Notes: generated from the sequence alone by a model not told the origin. A stretch of 64,000 nucleotides of DNA from Spirochaetota bacterium (GCA_029907515.1 JARYLT010000004.1:1746-65745), one strand, 5' to 3'; positions 52,241 to 62,214 are shown, counted from the stretch's first letter. Numbers and translations are program-made.

Positions 52241-53251
52241 ATGAAGCACTGGCAATTACATAGCTATTCGTTTGGAAGTCTCAGTATTACTGTTTTGTCT
52301 GCTGAGATCATTATTATATTCAGGGGCACAAAAACCACTATTATTAAAAGCATACCATTTAAAAAAATTAAAAGCATAGCTTTAGTGTGTGGAACTATTG
52401 TGATAGGGGTTATCCTGTTTACAGGGTATGCCCGCTCTCATCATGTTTTCAATTCTGAGGCTTCATGGTATGATGAAATAAAGAAAAAAGCAATTGCAAG
52501 CAAAGACTTTGAAGAACCTGATAAGAAAAAACCGCTAAAGATTGTTCAGCATACTGTGAAATCGGGTGAAACATTAAGTGAGATTGCGCAGATGTATGGC
52601 GTATCAATGGATACCATCTGCGGCTGCAACAGGCTGGAATCGTATGACCTGGTTCAAGTTGGACAAGTTTTAAAGATACCAAACAAAGATGGTCTGCTGG
52701 TAAGTGTACAGCGTGGTCAAACATTACCCGCTCTGGCAAAAAAATATAATGTGGCAATAAACAAGATTGTTGAAGAAAACAGCTTCGCAAATCCTGATTT
52801 TATAAATATTGGGGAGGACATTTTTATTCCCGATGCAAAACCACTGGATATTTTTAAAGGATTTTTATGGCCTGTGCACACAAAGAATATTACCAGCGGT
52901 TATGGGTGGCGCAAGGATCCTTTCTATGGTGAAAGCCAGTTTCATCAGGGGATTGATGTGCGGGCTAATTATGAATGGGTGCGTGCAAGCAAATATGGCC
53001 GGGTAAGCTATGCAGGCTGGCTGGGGGGGTATGGCAAGGTGGTGGTGGTTACCCATCCTGGTGGCGATAAAACCTTATATGGGCATCTTTCAAAAATAAC
53101 TGTCCGTGAGGGGCAGTATGTTAAGCAGGGACAGATTATTGCAAAAAGTGGCAATACCGGCAATTCAACAGGACCACATCTTCATTTTGAGATAATCCGT
53201 AAAGGGCAGCACATTAATCCATATGCAGAGTTAAAAAAGAAACGTAAATAA
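52241..53251 (+). CDS. LysM-domain M23 (LytM-type) peptidase
   Basis: TM segment. LysM repeats (HTVKSGETLSEIAQMYGVS, VQRGQTLPALAKKYNV). M23 catalytic HQGIDV ... GNTGNSTGPHLHFEI. Confidence 0.9.
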   Translation: MKHWQLHSYSFGSLSITVLSAEIIIIFRGTKTTIIKSIPFKKIKSIALVCGTIVIGVILFTGYARSHHVFNSEASWYDEIKKKAIASKDFEEPDKKKPLKIVQHTVKSGETLSEIAQMYGVSMDTICGCNRLESYDLVQVGQVLKIPNKDGLLVSVQRGQTLPALAKKYNVAINKIVEENSFANPDFINIGEDIFIPDAKPLDIFKGFLWPVHTKNITSGYGWRKDPFYGESQFHQGIDVRANYEWVRASKYGRVSYAGWLGGYGKVVVVTHPGGDKTLYGHLSKITVREGQYVKQGQIIAKSGNTGNSTGPHLHFEIIRKGQHINPYAELKKKRK

Positions 53252-53287
53252 TATAATACCAAATATATTCACTGACAGGACATAAGT

Positions 53288-55360
53288 ATGGCTAACTGTA
53301 ATTTTGTATGCGAAATTGGCACTGAAGAAATTCCAGCAGGGTATATCCCATCAGCTATTGAACAGGTAGAAAAAATTGTAACAGAAGGTTTACAGTCATA
53401 TCGCATTGCATTTGGGAAGTGTACGGTGTATGCAACACCACGTCGTGTTGCAATACTGGTATATGACATGGCCGATAGTCAGTCGGTAGATTATGAGGAA
53501 CTCAAAGGTCCTTCGGTAAAAGCAGCCTATGATGACAGGGGCACCCCAACCAGGGCATTAACCGGTTTTCTTGAAGGGAATAAAATTAAACTTGAGGATA
53601 CATACATACAGAAGACCAGCAAAGGGGATTATATCTATGCAAAGCGTAAAGTTGAAGCACAACCTGCTACAACAATTATTCCTGTCATTATTGAAAAGAT
53701 TATTAATGAGCTAAATTTTCCAAAGCGGATGCGCTGGAACGTTAAACGTGTATCATTCCCGCGGCCAGTTAACTACATATGCGTACTTTTTAATGATGCA
53801 GTGGTTCCCTATTCAATAGATGGCATTGATTTTGACAATAAGGTACGAGGTCATTATATACAGTATAACCGTATGATACCTTTATCACGATGTGACGAGT
53901 ATATTCCCACGCTGGAAAACAACGGGGTCATAGTTGATCATAATAAGCGAAAAGCTATAATTCATGAACAATTGCAAAATGCAGCAAAACAATTGGGTGG
54001 TGTGCTTGTTGAGGATGATGAATTGCTTACCACCGTTACCTTTTTAACAGAAATGCCATATGTGGTAATATGCAGCTTTGATGAAGGATTCTTATCTATA
54101 CCTGATATAGTACTGATAACTGAAATGAAGGAGCACCAGAAATATTTTGCTGTGCGCGATAGTAAAGGGAAATTACTTCCTAAATTTTTAGTTATTTCAA
54201 ATAACCCACCAACAGAGCATATCGTAAAGGGGAATCAGCGTGTAATTAGAGCACGGTTTACAGATGCGCGTTTCTTCTTTGAAGAAGACCGTAAAGTCCC
54301 ACTTGCAGGCAGAGTGGATATGCTTAAAAGCATCCTGTTCCATAAGGAGTTGGGTTCTATCTACGATAAAGTTGAAAGGATGCAAACAATAGCAAAGGTT
54401 ATTTGCAATGAGCTATCGCTTAATACGCAAATTACCCAGAAGATTCAGCGGGCTGTCATGCTATCCAAAACTGACCTGACGACAGCACTGGTGTTTGAGT
54501 TTACGTCCCTGCAGGGGCAAATTGGCAAAATATATGCGCTGCTTGATGGTGAAGATGAGGAAGTGGCACAGGCTATTGATTTCCAGTACAGGCCGCGTTT
54601 TCAGGGGGATGTGCTTCCGGAACATATTGTGAGTATTGTTGTTTCGCTGGCTGAAAAAATTGATAACATATTTGGTTCGTTTTCTGTTGGAAATATCCCC
54701 AAAGGTTCTGCCGACCCATATGCACTGCGACGGCAAGCTGCTGCAATTGTGGATATGCTTGTTGAACGAACAATCCATCTTGATTTAGCAAACGTATTCA
54801 GGGAAGTTTCATCGCAATACAGTAATGGGGATAAGCTTGTTGAACCAATACTTGAGTTTATTAATGGCAGAGCCAAGACATTTTTATATGAAAAGCAGTT
54901 TGCCTTTGATGAGGTTAATGCATGTTTAGCAGTTGGCTGTTATGATTACTATGAGCTGTTTCTCAGGGCTCAGAGCATTCATGAATTCCGTAAGGATAAG
55001 GGTTTTGGTGATCTTTTGATTGCATTCAAACGCATGAACAATATTGTCAACGCATTTGTTAAAAAGAATCCTGGTTATGTCTTTTCATTTAATCCTGATG
55101 CGCTGATAATAGATGAAGAGAAACGTTTATATAGTTTTTTCAACAATAAGGAAAAAACCATAAAAGAATATATTGCAGAAAACAAGTATAGAGAATTGTT
55201 CCTTTTGCTTATTGAAGGTAAAGAGATTATAGATACATATTTTGATAAAGTCATGGTGATGGATGCTAACACTTCGATTCGCGACAACAGGTTGGGAATG
55301 TTGCACTATATCCTGACGCTATTTACCACACTTATTGATTTTTCACAGATTCAGGAGTAA
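53288..55360 (+). CDS. glyS: Glycine--tRNA ligase beta subunit
   Basis: 690 aa. N-terminal FVCEIGTEEIPAGYI, QKYF and DPYALRR motifs of GlyS. Confidence 0.92.
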   Translation: MANCNFVCEIGTEEIPAGYIPSAIEQVEKIVTEGLQSYRIAFGKCTVYATPRRVAILVYDMADSQSVDYEELKGPSVKAAYDDRGTPTRALTGFLEGNKIKLEDTYIQKTSKGDYIYAKRKVEAQPATTIIPVIIEKIINELNFPKRMRWNVKRVSFPRPVNYICVLFNDAVVPYSIDGIDFDNKVRGHYIQYNRMIPLSRCDEYIPTLENNGVIVDHNKRKAIIHEQLQNAAKQLGGVLVEDDELLTTVTFLTEMPYVVICSFDEGFLSIPDIVLITEMKEHQKYFAVRDSKGKLLPKFLVISNNPPTEHIVKGNQRVIRARFTDARFFFEEDRKVPLAGRVDMLKSILFHKELGSIYDKVERMQTIAKVICNELSLNTQITQKIQRAVMLSKTDLTTALVFEFTSLQGQIGKIYALLDGEDEEVAQAIDFQYRPRFQGDVLPEHIVSIVVSLAEKIDNIFGSFSVGNIPKGSADPYALRRQAAAIVDMLVERTIHLDLANVFREVSSQYSNGDKLVEPILEFINGRAKTFLYEKQFAFDEVNACLAVGCYDYYELFLRAQSIHEFRKDKGFGDLLIAFKRMNNIVNAFVKKNPGYVFSFNPDALIIDEEKRLYSFFNNKEKTIKEYIAENKYRELFLLLIEGKEIIDTYFDKVMVMDANTSIRDNRLGMLHYILTLFTTLIDFSQIQE

Positions 55361-55363
55361 TGT

Positions 55364-56029
55364 ATGAAAGTATGTGATGGTGTGTATGCATATATATGGC
55401 GCGGTGTTTTTGAAAATAACTGCAATACATTTTATTTAGGTGATCCTTTCAACATGTTTATTGATCCTGGCCTTGCAAAGTATGTGGATATGCGCTTTGC
55501 GGATATGAAAAAGGATGGAATTGATACTGAGAAAATAGCGTATATTGTGTCAACCCATTCGCATCCTGATCATTTTGAAGGATGCCAGCAGTTTATGGGC
55601 AAAGGTCCTAAAGTTGCAATGCATAAAGAGGAGATAGCTTTTTTAAATGAAATTGGCCCTCAGTTTTTTGCCATGTTTGGCATGAAATTTCCACAATTTA
55701 CATTTGACATTGAGTTGGAAGAAGGCCCTTGGAAGATTGGCAATGAGGTTTTGCAGGTGTATAAAACGCCAGGACATTCACCAGGTTCAGTTTGTTTATA
55801 CTGGGAATCAAAAAAAGTGCTTGTATGTGGTGACCTGATATTCAAAGAAAGTGTAGGCCGAACAGATTTTCCTGGCGGCAGCAGTGCATTGCTGAAAGAA
55901 AGTATTGAACGAATGAAAGAACTTGATATTGAATACCTGTTGCCCGGGCACATGGATATAGTGGTTGGAAAAAGCAACGTTAAAAAGAACTTTGAGCTGA
56001 TAGAAAAATATATCTTCCCCATGCTGTAA
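55364..56029 (+). CDS. MBL-fold metallo-hydrolase
   Basis: STHSHPDHFEG (HxHxDH) and TPGHSPGS motifs. 221 aa. Confidence 0.88.
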   Translation: MKVCDGVYAYIWRGVFENNCNTFYLGDPFNMFIDPGLAKYVDMRFADMKKDGIDTEKIAYIVSTHSHPDHFEGCQQFMGKGPKVAMHKEEIAFLNEIGPQFFAMFGMKFPQFTFDIELEEGPWKIGNEVLQVYKTPGHSPGSVCLYWESKKVLVCGDLIFKESVGRTDFPGGSSALLKESIERMKELDIEYLLPGHMDIVVGKSNVKKNFELIEKYIFPML

Positions 56030-57361
56030 TTACAGGGGTATCATGGCTTTTTTTGTCTGGCCATTCCAGAATAGCTTAAAGGACAATTTTGTTGGGGATA
56101 CTGGAGCCACTTTCAGTTCTCTGTCCCAGCGATCATGAAGTTCAATGACCTTTTCTACACATTGTTTTGAAAAATCAAAATACTTCTGGCTACTGGTATT
56201 CTTCTTTTTGTACAGTTCATTTTCTTTTTTAATAAATTCATCTTCAAGTGTATGGATAGCAGGGGCGATAGTTCTCTGGAAATAATCCCATTTGAAAATG
56301 GCCTGACGGTGAATCTTTTCATGCATCCACCAGTACACGTCAGGTGAGTAAGTGCTTGTTTCATTTGCCGGGAAATAATCTATTTCTTTTCCAATAAGAT
56401 AAAATGGCATGAAGACGCTTGTACAGGTTCCTGACGAGCCAGTAGCCCAAAAGACTGGAGTGTCTTTGCGCAGATGGGCAACAAATGCAGCAACGGATTG
56501 ACTTGGACGGGTAGGAAGTAGTGATGCATGCATACACACCGTTCCCATATCAGTTTTATCTGGTGAAATATATTCATGGTCGCTGCCATGATCACGTAAA
56601 AATGCAAACATACTTTGAGGTGTTATGGATCCAGAATGTTGCATTGCACAACGTGTTGTCCGTGATTGCCGTGCAGCACATCGTGAAAAGTAGGTATAAA
56701 ACCAATCAGAAAAGCACTCTTTAAAGTTAAAGGTTTTACCTTTTTTCAGATATCCTTTTTTGCGGGCATAATCCTCAATATTTTTTGATGAATAGTGGTA
56801 TTCCTCTTCTATGGTTAATCCATTAGAAATACTGCGTATACCATCAACTTTTATTGCAACCCAGTGTTTGTTAGCAGTTTCAAGGACATAGGCTTCGTTA
56901 GGGTCAGCAAAAATAAATGAATTATGGTAATATAATTTATGTTCCATTCCAGCATTACTACCCTGCCCATAGCGTTCTATGAGTTCGGTGGAAAGCATGA
57001 GTGCATCATATGCAGTTTTACAGCGTTCCAAAGCCAGACGCATAATATCCATACCTAAAAGTCCGGTTTTTTCATAGGGTTCTTTGGTAAATACAGCCTC
57101 ATTCCCAATAGCAAGGCCATATTCATTTGCCCCCATTTCACAACCCCACATCCAGAATGGGGTTGAAATTAATATCTCATGTGTGCTTTTTACCTGCGGT
57201 ATGGATATATAGGTGCATTGAACGGCTGTTTCATTGCCCCAGTTTCGCCTGGCAATATATTTTAATAACTGTGCTTCATTTGCTTCCCTGTCACTGTTTT
57301 TGGCTAAGATTACACTGCCGTCAGCAGTGGCTTTACTGGTGGCAACAATGGTATCACACAT
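56030..57361 (-). CDS. C69-family (secernin-like) dipeptidase, Ntn-hydrolase type
   Basis: The N-terminus MCDTIVA...AKNSDR has the nucleophile Cys at position 2. 443 aa. Confidence 0.8.
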   Translation of the reverse strand: MCDTIVATSKATADGSVILAKNSDREANEAQLLKYIARRNWGNETAVQCTYISIPQVKSTHEILISTPFWMWGCEMGANEYGLAIGNEAVFTKEPYEKTGLLGMDIMRLALERCKTAYDALMLSTELIERYGQGSNAGMEHKLYYHNSFIFADPNEAYVLETANKHWVAIKVDGIRSISNGLTIEEEYHYSSKNIEDYARKKGYLKKGKTFNFKECFSDWFYTYFSRCAARQSRTTRCAMQHSGSITPQSMFAFLRDHGSDHEYISPDKTDMGTVCMHASLLPTRPSQSVAAFVAHLRKDTPVFWATGSSGTCTSVFMPFYLIGKEIDYFPANETSTYSPDVYWWMHEKIHRQAIFKWDYFQRTIAPAIHTLEDEFIKKENELYKKKNTSSQKYFDFSKQCVEKVIELHDRWDRELKVAPVSPTKLSFKLFWNGQTKKAMIPL

Positions 57362-57515
57362 AACAATCCCCTGACCCTGTATAGTATAGTATATGTTTCG
57401 TTGCTATCAATATCGAATTACATCTCACAGTATATAATGTACATATATAAAAGTCAAAAGTTTTTTTACATTATAACTATACCTACCACATTATGCAGTA
57501 TGGTATAGTGTATAA

Positions 57516-57677
57516 TTATGTATTATTTGCGCCGTTTAGTCCATCTAATTGAGGTATTTCCTCATCTGCCATTGGGGGTCCAAGTAGATGTTCAGGCAAA
57601 AAGTATGTGTTGGCAATAAGAGTGGGAACAACTGCTAAACCAAGCCACACCGACGCTACTACAAACATAGTCAGCAT
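57516..57677 (-). CDS. Small hydrophobic protein (53 aa)
   Basis: Not in the track. GGAGG RBS 5 nt upstream. MLTMFVVASVWLGLAVVPTLIANTYFLPEHLLGPPMADEEIPQLDGLNGANNT has one TM helix and an acidic tail. Confidence 0.4.
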   Translation of the reverse strand: MLTMFVVASVWLGLAVVPTLIANTYFLPEHLLGPPMADEEIPQLDGLNGANNT

Positions 57678-57718
57678 AAAAACCTCCATAGAGTATAGTT
57701 AAAAAATTTGGCGCAGGT

Positions 57719-57748
57719 AAAATAAAAAACCTACTGCCATGCAGTAGG
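57719..57748 (-). terminator. Intrinsic terminator of the serine-hydrolase gene
   Basis: CCTACTGC / GCAGTAGG stem with a 3-nt loop. On the minus strand it is followed by TTTTTTATTTT. Confidence 0.7.
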
Positions 57749-57858
57749 AGCCATCAGCCGGAAGGCGTTTAACGGGGGACCCCATCCCCTGTAGAGTAAG
57801 TATAGTATAGAATACTTTAAAAAAGTAGCACTTTTGTCAATATATTAAGAAAATATTT

Positions 57859-59370
57859 TTAGGTGTTTTTATTTTTTTCAGGTATAAAAAAATACATAAG
57901 CAAAACAACGCCACAAAAAGCAAGACAATACCCTGCCCATACTGAAGCTTCAGGGAAAACGGAAGTAATAAAAAGATAGTCCTGATTAACAGCCCATAAA
58001 AGTATGCCAAATAAGCAACAGGCAACACAAAGTTTCAGTATCTGATTAGGTGAATATCTTTTCTGAATGAGCATGAGTGATCGTGTATGTAACACTAATC
58101 CCTTTAATAGACGATATACGTATATCAAAAGAATCATGAATATCAGATATACTAGAATCCATAGTGCATATTCTGCATAGATAATATTACTCATTCCTAC
58201 AGAATCAAATCCAATCCACTGTGCCCAATCATTCAGAATATATGCAAAAAATGGCCAGCTGCGTTGGCTATTGGTTAAAATTACAATACCATCGCCAGTT
58301 TCGGGTATTGAATGGAAGTGTGTCATCCATCCTGTTCCCTGCCCTCCATGTGATACTGCCATTACATTGTTTTTTGAAAATTCAATAAAATGCCCTAATC
58401 CATACCATGGGAAAGCAAAGCCATACAGGCCAGGTATTTTCACAGTGGGATTATATAATGCCTGTATAGATTTGTGATTCAGTACTTTTGTGCCAGTGTT
58501 ATTGAATTTGGTCATGCCTGCAGTGACAAACTGTGTAATATCTTCAATTGTTGAAAATAAGCCACCAGCACCTTTTTCAGGATATACATAAGGAGGAACA
58601 GGTTTACCATTGAGGGTATATCCGTTGGGGAATGGTTGGAAGCTTTTGCTCCATTGATAGCTTGAGTGGTTCATGCCTAAGGGCTGTAAAATTTCCTGGT
58701 GCATATACACGGCAAAAGGTTTGTTCGTTACCTCTTCAATCAGCAATTCAAGCAGATTAAATCCTGTATTTGAGTAGGAAAATGTTGAACCAGGAGATGC
58801 CATCATGACAGCATCTCTGTAAAGGCTTTCTCGTAATGGTGGGATTACATCATCCGGTGCATACCGCACACCGATTGTACCCAGGGGTAGCCCTGCACTG
58901 TGGCTTAATAACTGCCGTATGGTTATTGCTTCAGGATGAAATGCAGATGGTGGAAATTTCCATGTTTTCAAATGTTTGATAATATGTTCATCCAGAGATA
59001 TAGCTCCACGCTCAACCAGTTTTAAAATACCCCACGCTGTAACTGATTTTGAAATTGACTCAACGCGGCAAGTTGTTTCCAGCTTCATGGGTATTGTTTT
59101 TTCTTTGTCTGCAAAGCCGTATGCATTTGCCCACAATATTTTCCCTTGCCTGATAATAGCAATATTTACTCCAGGAATTTCATATTTTCCCATTAAAACT
59201 TTTATACGATGGTCAAAGTACTGTAAAAAGTCATGTTCTGTAGTTTTTGATGGTATGGTGGATAAGGGACAAGGATAAAATGCTTTAAAAAAAATAATCA
59301 GTGAAAGAAAAATTGCAACTAACAGTATAAAAAATAATAGTGTTGTTTTTTTTAAATGGCGATAGTTCAT
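57859..59370 (-). CDS. Serine hydrolase (beta-lactamase / PBP family) with a C-terminal multi-TM domain
   Basis: SISK (SxxK) motif in CRVESISKSVTA, and YSNTGF. Three to four hydrophobic helices in the last ~120 aa. Confidence 0.8.
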   Translation of the reverse strand: MNYRHLKKTTLLFFILLVAIFLSLIIFFKAFYPCPLSTIPSKTTEHDFLQYFDHRIKVLMGKYEIPGVNIAIIRQGKILWANAYGFADKEKTIPMKLETTCRVESISKSVTAWGILKLVERGAISLDEHIIKHLKTWKFPPSAFHPEAITIRQLLSHSAGLPLGTIGVRYAPDDVIPPLRESLYRDAVMMASPGSTFSYSNTGFNLLELLIEEVTNKPFAVYMHQEILQPLGMNHSSYQWSKSFQPFPNGYTLNGKPVPPYVYPEKGAGGLFSTIEDITQFVTAGMTKFNNTGTKVLNHKSIQALYNPTVKIPGLYGFAFPWYGLGHFIEFSKNNVMAVSHGGQGTGWMTHFHSIPETGDGIVILTNSQRSWPFFAYILNDWAQWIGFDSVGMSNIIYAEYALWILVYLIFMILLIYVYRLLKGLVLHTRSLMLIQKRYSPNQILKLCVACCLFGILLWAVNQDYLFITSVFPEASVWAGYCLAFCGVVLLMYFFIPEKNKNT

Positions 59371-59387
59371 AGTAATATAATCCTTTC

Positions 59388-61523
59388 TTAAAAATTGTTT
59401 TTTGTTTGGACTACGGATTGAAGCATATCAATCTGTGACAGGATTTTTGTTAGGGTCTTTGCTAACATTTCGGTATTTTCATATACGGCATTTGTAATGG
59501 TAACAAGCTGCTGTATTGTTGAACTAATCTCTCCAATAGTTATTTTTTCTTCCTGTGTGGCGCTTGTAATCTGCGAAGAACCCTGCAATACAAGTGCCAT
59601 ATTTTCTTCGATGCTTTTTGTTAATTGCTCCTGTGATATGCAAAAATCAAGGATTGTGTCTATTGCATGATTAACCATATAAACAGAGCGTTCAACATCT
59701 TCATTTGAGTATACAACTGTGCCCATAAGGATTGTCTGGTTTTCAATATCAGTAACTATGTCCGATAAAATTGCCTGGATATTTTTTGATTGTTCTAAGG
59801 ATCTATCTGCTAATTTCCCAATTTCATCAGCTACAACGGCAAAACCGCGCCCATACTCGCCTGCCCGTGCAGCTTCAATTGAAGCGTTAAGTGATAACAG
59901 ATTGGTTTTTTCAGCTATATCATTAATGGTTTCGGTTATTGTTAATATGGTGTCCGAATAGTTTTTTATTTTTTCTATGCCTTTAAGTGCTTCAGAAAGG
60001 TGTTCTTTTGTTACAGCTGTTTGCCCCTGACTTTTATAGCTCAGTTTGACTGCTGTTTTAGCTGCATCGGTAATATGGCCAATACCTTTAATTAATTCCA
60101 TTAACAGGTCTCTATTTTTATTAAGAATTGTATCCTGATGCTTGGAATTAGAAGCAATGATGTCTACCGTGGTTGAAAATTCTTCCAGGGCTGCTGATGT
60201 TTGTTCAATGCTGGTGGTCTGATCATGCATGCTATTTTGCAAAGTACGTGCAGAACTTTCAACTTCCTTTGCTACATGCTGTAATTCCCCAATTGACTGA
60301 TTGATTTTTTGTACTATCTGTATCAGGTCAGCATTCTTCTTTTCAATATATTGTTTTGATTCAAGCAGTTCCTGTGCCAGTTTTGCAGAGCGTTGTGACA
60401 AAATTGCGCCAATGCCTATAATTAATGCGGGGTACCCCAAATTTATCCAGAAAAAGTTGGTATAAAAAATCCCTGATACTGCAAGTGAATCATGGCCTAC
60501 ACAGATCATCATAAAAATATAGGGCATTAGCAGTGTTTGTGCTTCTTTTTTATTATTTCGTATACCCTTTATAATAAGTGCTCCCCACAGTATTTGAACA
60601 ATAAGCCCAAATGATCCAATAACCTGGAATCGCCAGCCTGTTACAGGATCATGTTCAGTAGCAGAAAGGCTTAAAATTATCATACATGCAGCAGCAATTG
60701 TAATAATAATTCTGAGTGTCCTGTTCAAGCTATCTGTCACATTTTCAAAGAAGAAGTATACAACTATCGCAATAACTGCAGTCAGCGCATAGTATATTTT
60801 ATCCTGTGTATTAAAGTCCATAATCCAGTAATGTGGCAAATAAAAATGCATTGCACTTATACACCACAGGAGGGAAACAATTGCAAAATATAATGTAAGC
60901 ACATCTTTGTTTTTAAAATAAAAGTACAGGGCAATAATAGCTAACAGGAATGTAAGGAAGCTGGTTGCAAGTGGTATATATTCTGCAAGTAATGAACGAT
61001 AAAAATTTATTACTTTGGCATTAGCAAGTGTAGTAATTAAGGGCACGCCATTGTATTCGGCATTCTGATTACTGAATACCCGTATGGCAATAATATTTGG
61101 CTGGCTGTATTTAACAATATGCAAAGGAATTACATAGTACCTGAAGATGTTCCATTCTGAATGAAAGTTAGGATATTCACTCCCAGCAGATCCAATTTTA
61201 TAACCATTGAAATATGTCTGCTCAACATCCCACACTTTTCCTAAAACAAAAGCAATATCATAATTTTTAAATGAATCTGGAATAACAACTGATTTTCTTA
61301 GCCATAGATACTGCCTGGATTTTTTTGGCGATAGTTTCCCGGGAAGGTTAATTGATTGCAGTGAAGAATCATCGAATTCAGGTTGTGCAAAGGAGTAGTT
61401 GTCGCCTGAATACAGTTTCCAGTCAGAGTGAATGTCAATAACAGGGTCACCTGTGTCACAACCAGTAATCCACAAGCATACTATGAGAATTGATAGTACC
61501 TGTACTGAACCGGGAACTTTCAT
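59388..61523 (-). CDS. Methyl-accepting chemotaxis protein with a 7TMR-DISM-type sensor
   Basis: Lipoprotein-like signal (WITGC), an extracellular beta-rich domain, about 7 TM helices, then the MCP signalling domain ([31 protein letters not shown]). Confidence 0.85.
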   Translation of the reverse strand: MKVPGSVQVLSILIVCLWITGCDTGDPVIDIHSDWKLYSGDNYSFAQPEFDDSSLQSINLPGKLSPKKSRQYLWLRKSVVIPDSFKNYDIAFVLGKVWDVEQTYFNGYKIGSAGSEYPNFHSEWNIFRYYVIPLHIVKYSQPNIIAIRVFSNQNAEYNGVPLITTLANAKVINFYRSLLAEYIPLATSFLTFLLAIIALYFYFKNKDVLTLYFAIVSLLWCISAMHFYLPHYWIMDFNTQDKIYYALTAVIAIVVYFFFENVTDSLNRTLRIIITIAAACMIILSLSATEHDPVTGWRFQVIGSFGLIVQILWGALIIKGIRNNKKEAQTLLMPYIFMMICVGHDSLAVSGIFYTNFFWINLGYPALIIGIGAILSQRSAKLAQELLESKQYIEKKNADLIQIVQKINQSIGELQHVAKEVESSARTLQNSMHDQTTSIEQTSAALEEFSTTVDIIASNSKHQDTILNKNRDLLMELIKGIGHITDAAKTAVKLSYKSQGQTAVTKEHLSEALKGIEKIKNYSDTILTITETINDIAEKTNLLSLNASIEAARAGEYGRGFAVVADEIGKLADRSLEQSKNIQAILSDIVTDIENQTILMGTVVYSNEDVERSVYMVNHAIDTILDFCISQEQLTKSIEENMALVLQGSSQITSATQEEKITIGEISSTIQQLVTITNAVYENTEMLAKTLTKILSQIDMLQSVVQTKNNF

Positions 61524-61639
61524 CGTATTCCTGAAATAAATCGTTTTGATTTTAATTTTGTATATAAGAACAAAATAAATATGTCAACAATTTAATTAGT
61601 GTTGTAACTTTTGTTTTATATATTTATGGGGATTATTTA

Positions 61640-62099
61640 AAACCATAGTATTTAGAGGCCACGGTAGCATACAATGTCGTCCCGATACGATTGCTTGCGT
61701 AATCACTCGACTACCGGCCAGACGAAAACCAATCATTGAGGGGACGTGAAACGTGTGTAGTGAGTGTTCTGTCACCGAGTGCGTGGAAAGCACAAGTATC
61801 AAGGTGACCGACTGCCACGCTTAGCTTGCAGTGACGTGCAACCAAACGTCATTGAAAGTCCTGACGTGTCACTCATACCGTTATCCTGAAGAGTCACAAC
61901 TTTTTTGAGACGATGAAGGATTTTGCCGTTCCTCACGTAAAATGTCCGCTTTTTCTATGTGATGTGAAATCAACGTTATTACAGATCACAACGTACTATC
62001 TACTATGTCATCCTGAGGAGTCCCTTTCTTTTTGGGACGACGAAGGATCTTGCCGTTCAAATCATTAAATATTTCTAATTCTGTATTTTGTTACAACAC
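61640..62099 (+). other. Structured non-coding region with locally raised G+C, a candidate unclassified ncRNA or decayed element
   Basis: No credible ORF on either strand. Nested stems include GGCC(AC)GGTAG/CTACCGGCC (61658-61719), GCGTGG/CCACGC and GTCACC/GGTGAC. A plus-oriented terminator follows at 62100. Confidence 0.3.
61880..62057. repeat. Two ~51-nt hairpin-forming direct repeats (about 80 % identical)
   Basis: GTTATCCTGAAGAGTC...GAGACGATGAAGGATTTTGCCGTT (61880-61930) against GTCATCCTGAGGAGTCCC...GGGACGACGAAGGATCTTGCCGTT (62007-62057). A related fragment, TCGGGACGAAGGAT, lies at about 33527. Confidence 0.8.
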
Positions 62100-62142
62100 C
62101 GCAGGCGCTCAAGCGCTTGTGCGCCTGCGTTTTTATTTTTTT
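62100..62142 (+). terminator. Strong plus-strand intrinsic terminator with no upstream plus-strand gene
   Basis: CGCAGGCGC (62100-62108) pairs with GCGCCTGCG (62121-62129) and is followed by TTTTTATTTTTTT. There is no matching A-run upstream, so it is oriented for the plus strand. Confidence 0.75.
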
Positions 62143-62214
62143 ATCAATTACATATACTTACTCTGACCCAGGTTTTTAATATGCTCACTCCATCTTATTT
62201 CTTATAACCTTTTT

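Noticed and set aside
61596-61802. 68-aa minus-strand ORF
   Set aside because: It has no RBS and an implausible composition, and it lies in the structured non-coding region.
61620-61900. tmRNA, RNase P RNA, SRP RNA or group II intron identity for the structured region
   Set aside because: It starts with a GGGGA and contains GAAAGUCC, but lacks the tmRNA GGAUUCGAC and UCCACCA ends, the RNase P GGUAAGAGCGCACC and ACAGAA.CCGGCUUA boxes, the SRP GGAAGCAGC loop and a group II domain V. It is left unclassified.
61880-62057. Hammerhead-ribozyme-like CUGA(A/G)GAG...GACGA(U/C)GAAGG strings in the 51-nt repeats
   Set aside because: After the putative stem II the sequence is GAC/GAU-GAA rather than the required GAA followed by the stem III and cleavage-site geometry. 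No consistent stems I and III could be drawn.
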